Of a DNA stretch of 64,000 nucleotides, positions 60,959 to 64,000 are shown in pieces (position 1 is the stretch's first letter; each line of letters opens with the position of its first letter). The notes under the pieces were generated by a model. The model was not told where the DNA came from and did not search any database. It worked only from the letters and a program-made list of their open reading frames with translations. Location: the NCBI GenBank assembly GCA_044225365.1, contig JBGAIQ010000023.1, forward strand, positions 26,362-90,361, read 5' to 3'. Both the position numbers and the translations under genes were made by a program. Source of the DNA: Planctomycetota bacterium (GTDB lineage: Bacteria > Planctomycetota > B15-G4 > JADJEK01).

Positions 60959-61112
60959 GGCGAATCTCCGAATCGATCGCGTACGAGGTCGAGCGGTCGC
61001 GAGCGACCTCGACCGGAATGGGATCACCCCCATCCGAGATTCGAACGGCGGGCGATCCGAGCACTATAGCGGAGCCTTGCGCAATCCGACGCGCGCGGTG
61101 GAATCGGCCCGC

Positions 61113-61985
61113 ATGCCGATGATCCAGGAAGATCGGAGCTGGCGCGCTCTCTCCGAGCCGGGCGACACTTCGAACTACGCGTTCGATCTCTTGCCCGTGC
61201 CGGCACTCGCCGGTATGGGTTTCGACCCCGCGCTCGCCGCCCTCGCATCGGAGTGCTCGAGGCTCGCCTACCAGACGGTCGCGCCGGTACGAGCGGCCGC
61301 ACTCGCGCTCGGCAGACAGCTTCTCCTCCGCGAGGTCGGGATGATCGAGACGTCGGCGACGTCGTGTCTCGTGCTCGTTTCCGATGCGCTGGCCCTCACG
61401 ATCGTGGCGTATCGCGGCACCGACGAACCGAGCGATTGGATCACGAACCTGAGCGCGATCCTCTCCCACTGGAAACCGGGCGGCTACGCCCATCGCGGCT
61501 TCAAGCGGGCGTGGTATTCGATCGCGCCCGACCTGGCACGAACGCTCGCGCCCCTGCCTCGGCGGCGACTCGTCTGCGGGCACAGCCTGGGCGGTGCGCT
61601 CGCCGTCCTCGAGGCAAGCCAGCGCGGAGCCAGTGCCGTCTACACCTTCGGAGCACCTCGGCCCGGAACCGCCGGTCTCCATGCGACGCTCGACGGAATC
61701 CCGACGATCCGAGTGGTGAACGACCAGGACATCGTGCCCGAGTTGCCCACTGCCGGTCCGCCCTTCTTCTTCGAGCACCGTGGGCAGCGCGTCCTGCTCG
61801 ATGCCGCGGGCGCGATGAGCGAGACCCCCCGATCCCTCTCCGAGCGAGCCCGCGCGGTGATCGCGCATCTCTCCGATCACCGCGCCTGGCCCGACCTCGC
61901 CGCGAACGCTCCTGCGATCCTCTCGGACCACGCTCCGATCAACTACTCGGCGAAACTCTTGCGTCTCGCCACGGGGCCTCGATGA
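61113..61985 (+). CDS. Lipase class 3 family protein
   Basis: VAYRGT, HRGF, GHSLGG, YTFGAPR, DIVPELP and DHAP. Confidence 0.9.
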   Translation: MPMIQEDRSWRALSEPGDTSNYAFDLLPVPALAGMGFDPALAALASECSRLAYQTVAPVRAAALALGRQLLLREVGMIETSATSCLVLVSDALALTIVAYRGTDEPSDWITNLSAILSHWKPGGYAHRGFKRAWYSIAPDLARTLAPLPRRRLVCGHSLGGALAVLEASQRGASAVYTFGAPRPGTAGLHATLDGIPTIRVVNDQDIVPELPTAGPPFFFEHRGQRVLLDAAGAMSETPRSLSERARAVIAHLSDHRAWPDLAANAPAILSDHAPINYSAKLLRLATGPR

Positions 61986-61991
61986 GTTCGA

Positions 61992-63245
61992 TCAATGCGC
62001 GCGGTAGAGGTACGCGTCGACCTTGCCGTTCGACTCCTTCAGGTCCGATTCCGTCACGAGGCAGACCCACTCCGCGGTCGCCGAAGCGTCGAAGTAGAGG
62101 TACGCGTCGTGATAGTTCTGGCCCGGGACCTCCGTCACGATCCACCGCTTGCCCGACTCCAAGTCGAATTCACAGAGCGCTACCGAGCGCACGTCCGTAT
62201 TCGGGTCGATGAATTCGATCGACTGGATCATGCGCTTTCCGTTGTTCGAGATCCTCGTCTGGATACCCGCAATGTTGATCTTCATGCCGGGAAACGAGAC
62301 GTCGAGAGCCTTGAACTTCCCGGTCTTGCGATCGAGGAGAGCGACGTATCCGTCGTGGAGGGGAGCCACCAAGTTGAGGGCGTAGGTCCAGAATACGAGG
62401 AATCGACCGTTGCGCGAGACATCGAGCAATTGACTGCCCTTCAGTCCCGGCGCCCCGGTCTCGTCCTTCGTGACGAGGGTCGTCGTCTTCGACAGTCGAT
62501 CGCGAACGTAGATCTGATATTCCGTGCCGTTCCCGAGGTTCGACGCGTTCGAGTAGAAGAAGATGAAACGTCCGTCCCCGGACATCTTGGTATTCCAGGC
62601 GTTCTCGTTCAGCGGCAGTCCGGCGTTCGTCGCGGTGACGATCTCGGTCGAGCCCAACAAGGTGTCGCGCACGTAGCCGCGAAGGATGACATTGCCGCTG
62701 TTGGGGATCAGATTCCCGGCCTTCGTCACGAACAGGACGAAGCGCCCGTCGTCGGAAATGTCGACCACGTACGCCGGTGAGTTCGGGACGTCGCCGCTCG
62801 GCCCAGCCGATACGAACTTCAGTTCGTTGGTCTTCGTGTCGCGCCAGAATGCTTGCTTGAATCCGCCCGGCACACCCGGAAAGCCGAAGTTCGCATCGCT
62901 TTCGAACGCTACGAAGCGCCCACTCTTGGAGAGTCGCGACACTCCACAGTCGTCGTTCGCGAGGCTTCCGCCCCACATCTTCGAGATGCTGCCGACGAGC
63001 TTGCCGTCGCGCCGATAGCCGATGACTTGCTGGAACGCGTTGTACGTGTCGGGCCCGAGATTCGAGGCCAGCGTCGCGGCGGCCATCTTCTTTCCGTTCG
63101 GAGCGATGGTAGGAAAGACCGAGTCCGCGTTCGCGGCTTCACCGTTCGCTCCCTTCGAGAGCAGCAGGGTGCCGCCCTTGGGAACGCTTGCGGCGGTGGC
63201 GATGGCAGGACAAGCGAGGACGAGCGCGAGGAAGATGGGACGCAT
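61992..63245 (-). CDS. Secreted TolB/WD40-like beta-propeller protein
   Basis: Signal peptide; repeated S-x-[DNS]-G-R-F-V-x-F and Y-V-R-D blades. Confidence 0.85.
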   Translation of the reverse strand: MRPIFLALVLACPAIATAASVPKGGTLLLSKGANGEAANADSVFPTIAPNGKKMAAATLASNLGPDTYNAFQQVIGYRRDGKLVGSISKMWGGSLANDDCGVSRLSKSGRFVAFESDANFGFPGVPGGFKQAFWRDTKTNELKFVSAGPSGDVPNSPAYVVDISDDGRFVLFVTKAGNLIPNSGNVILRGYVRDTLLGSTEIVTATNAGLPLNENAWNTKMSGDGRFIFFYSNASNLGNGTEYQIYVRDRLSKTTTLVTKDETGAPGLKGSQLLDVSRNGRFLVFWTYALNLVAPLHDGYVALLDRKTGKFKALDVSFPGMKINIAGIQTRISNNGKRMIQSIEFIDPNTDVRSVALCEFDLESGKRWIVTEVPGQNYHDAYLYFDASATAEWVCLVTESDLKESNGKVDAYLYRAH

Positions 63246-63361
63246 GGTGTGACTCCGTTTCAGGGCCCGCCCTTGGGAACGCTTGCGGCGGTGGCGATGG
63301 CAGGACAAGCGAGGACGAGCGCGAGGAAGATGGGACGCATGGTGTGACTCCGTTTCAGGGC
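63172..63361. repeat. Exact 95-bp tandem duplication covering the start codon and signal peptide
   Basis: 63172-63266 is identical to 63267-63361. Confidence 0.92.
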
Positions 63362-63473
63362 ATGTTGGCTTTCGAGATACCGATCCACGCGTCAGCTCGG
63401 AGCGGCCCGCGAATTCTGGAAAATCGCGCTCGCGAGAATTCGCCTCCGATGTGGAGCGTCGTCGCCATTGCCG

Positions 63474-63556
63474 TCAACGAAAAGAGTCGGTGAGGAGGTC
63501 CGACGATGCATCCTGGGCTCGAACGGTCGCAGGCCGGGCCGAATCGTGAACGGTCA
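63474..63556. mobile_element. Half-copy of the 17865-18023 MITE (inverted orientation)
   Basis: Near-identical to the reverse complement of 17865-17949, including one terminal repeat. Confidence 0.85.
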
Positions 63557-63892
63557 CTCAGGAGTTCGAACTCCAGTTCTTGCCGACGGCCACACCGTCG
63601 AGCGCGGGCAATGCATCGGTGGATTGCCATGATCGCGCGTGGATCGACGGAACACGTGAAACGTGTGTCGATGCTTCCGCCGTCGAATTCGATCCGAAGA
63701 GCCCCCTCGTTTCGCTCGCACCCAAAGGCTGGCACCCGATCGCGCATCGATTCGAGTGGCGGGCCTGCAACGACGCCGAGACACTCGATCGGCCCCGGAT
63801 CGTGTCGAGCTTCGGCACGAGGAGACGATGGTGTCCCCGGACGTCGACTTCGCGTCCCCCGACATCGGGACGGTCGGAAGCCCTTCGACCGA

Positions 63893-64000
63893 TCAGTGGG
63901 CTCGATAGAGGTAGGCGTCGAGCTTGCCGTTCGACTCCTTGAGGTCCGACTCGGTCACGAAGACCACCCATTCGGCGGTCGCCGATGCGTCGAAGACGAG
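63893..64000 (-). CDS. C-terminal end of a paralog of the 61992-63245 beta-propeller
   Basis: LVFDASATAEWVVFVTESDLKESNGKLDAYLYRAH* versus LYFDASATAEWVCLVTESDLKESNGKVDAYLYRAH*. Confidence 0.9.
   Translation of the reverse strand, partial: LVFDASATAEWVVFVTESDLKESNGKLDAYLYRAH

Noticed and set aside
63558-63890. Short ORFs between the half-MITE and the last gene
   Set aside because: No recognisable motif or consistent coding frame; possibly a decayed gene

Overview
High-GC bacterial chromosomal window. The gene content points to an uncultured Planctomycetota-type genome (inference): ECF/Ser-Thr kinase pairs, a kinase-FGE fusion, BlaI/M56, planctomycete-style L33 and many exported beta-rich proteins. 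About 50 real CDS are present; most long ORFs in the supplied track are antisense shadows. Core functions: the 5' part of an Ehr/hydrogenase-4-type operon (HTH-PtsN, hyfB, hyfC, hyfE, hyfF), a CNNM transporter, a MacAB-type ABC exporter, rpmG, an M20 peptidase with pruA, a pseudouridine synthase, pntAB and a GlyA-GcvT fusion. Most unusual signals: (1) a ~9.7 kb accessory block (14.2-23.9 kb) that appears to split the ABC exporter operon; it carries four diverged, exported TPR-like paralogs, a membrane-anchored ClpN-ClpS fusion, a hipBST relic and a MITE; (2) a pair of exported SPFH proteins, each with three N-terminal repeats (vault-like layout); (3) a shared ~100-aa C-terminal domain on three unrelated secreted proteins, a candidate lineage-specific sorting signal; (4) two REP families, a half-copy of the MITE 45 kb away, and an exact 95-bp duplication of a signal-peptide-coding start. 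No rRNA, tRNA, CRISPR array, integrase or transposase was seen. All family calls come from motif recognition by eye, not database searches.
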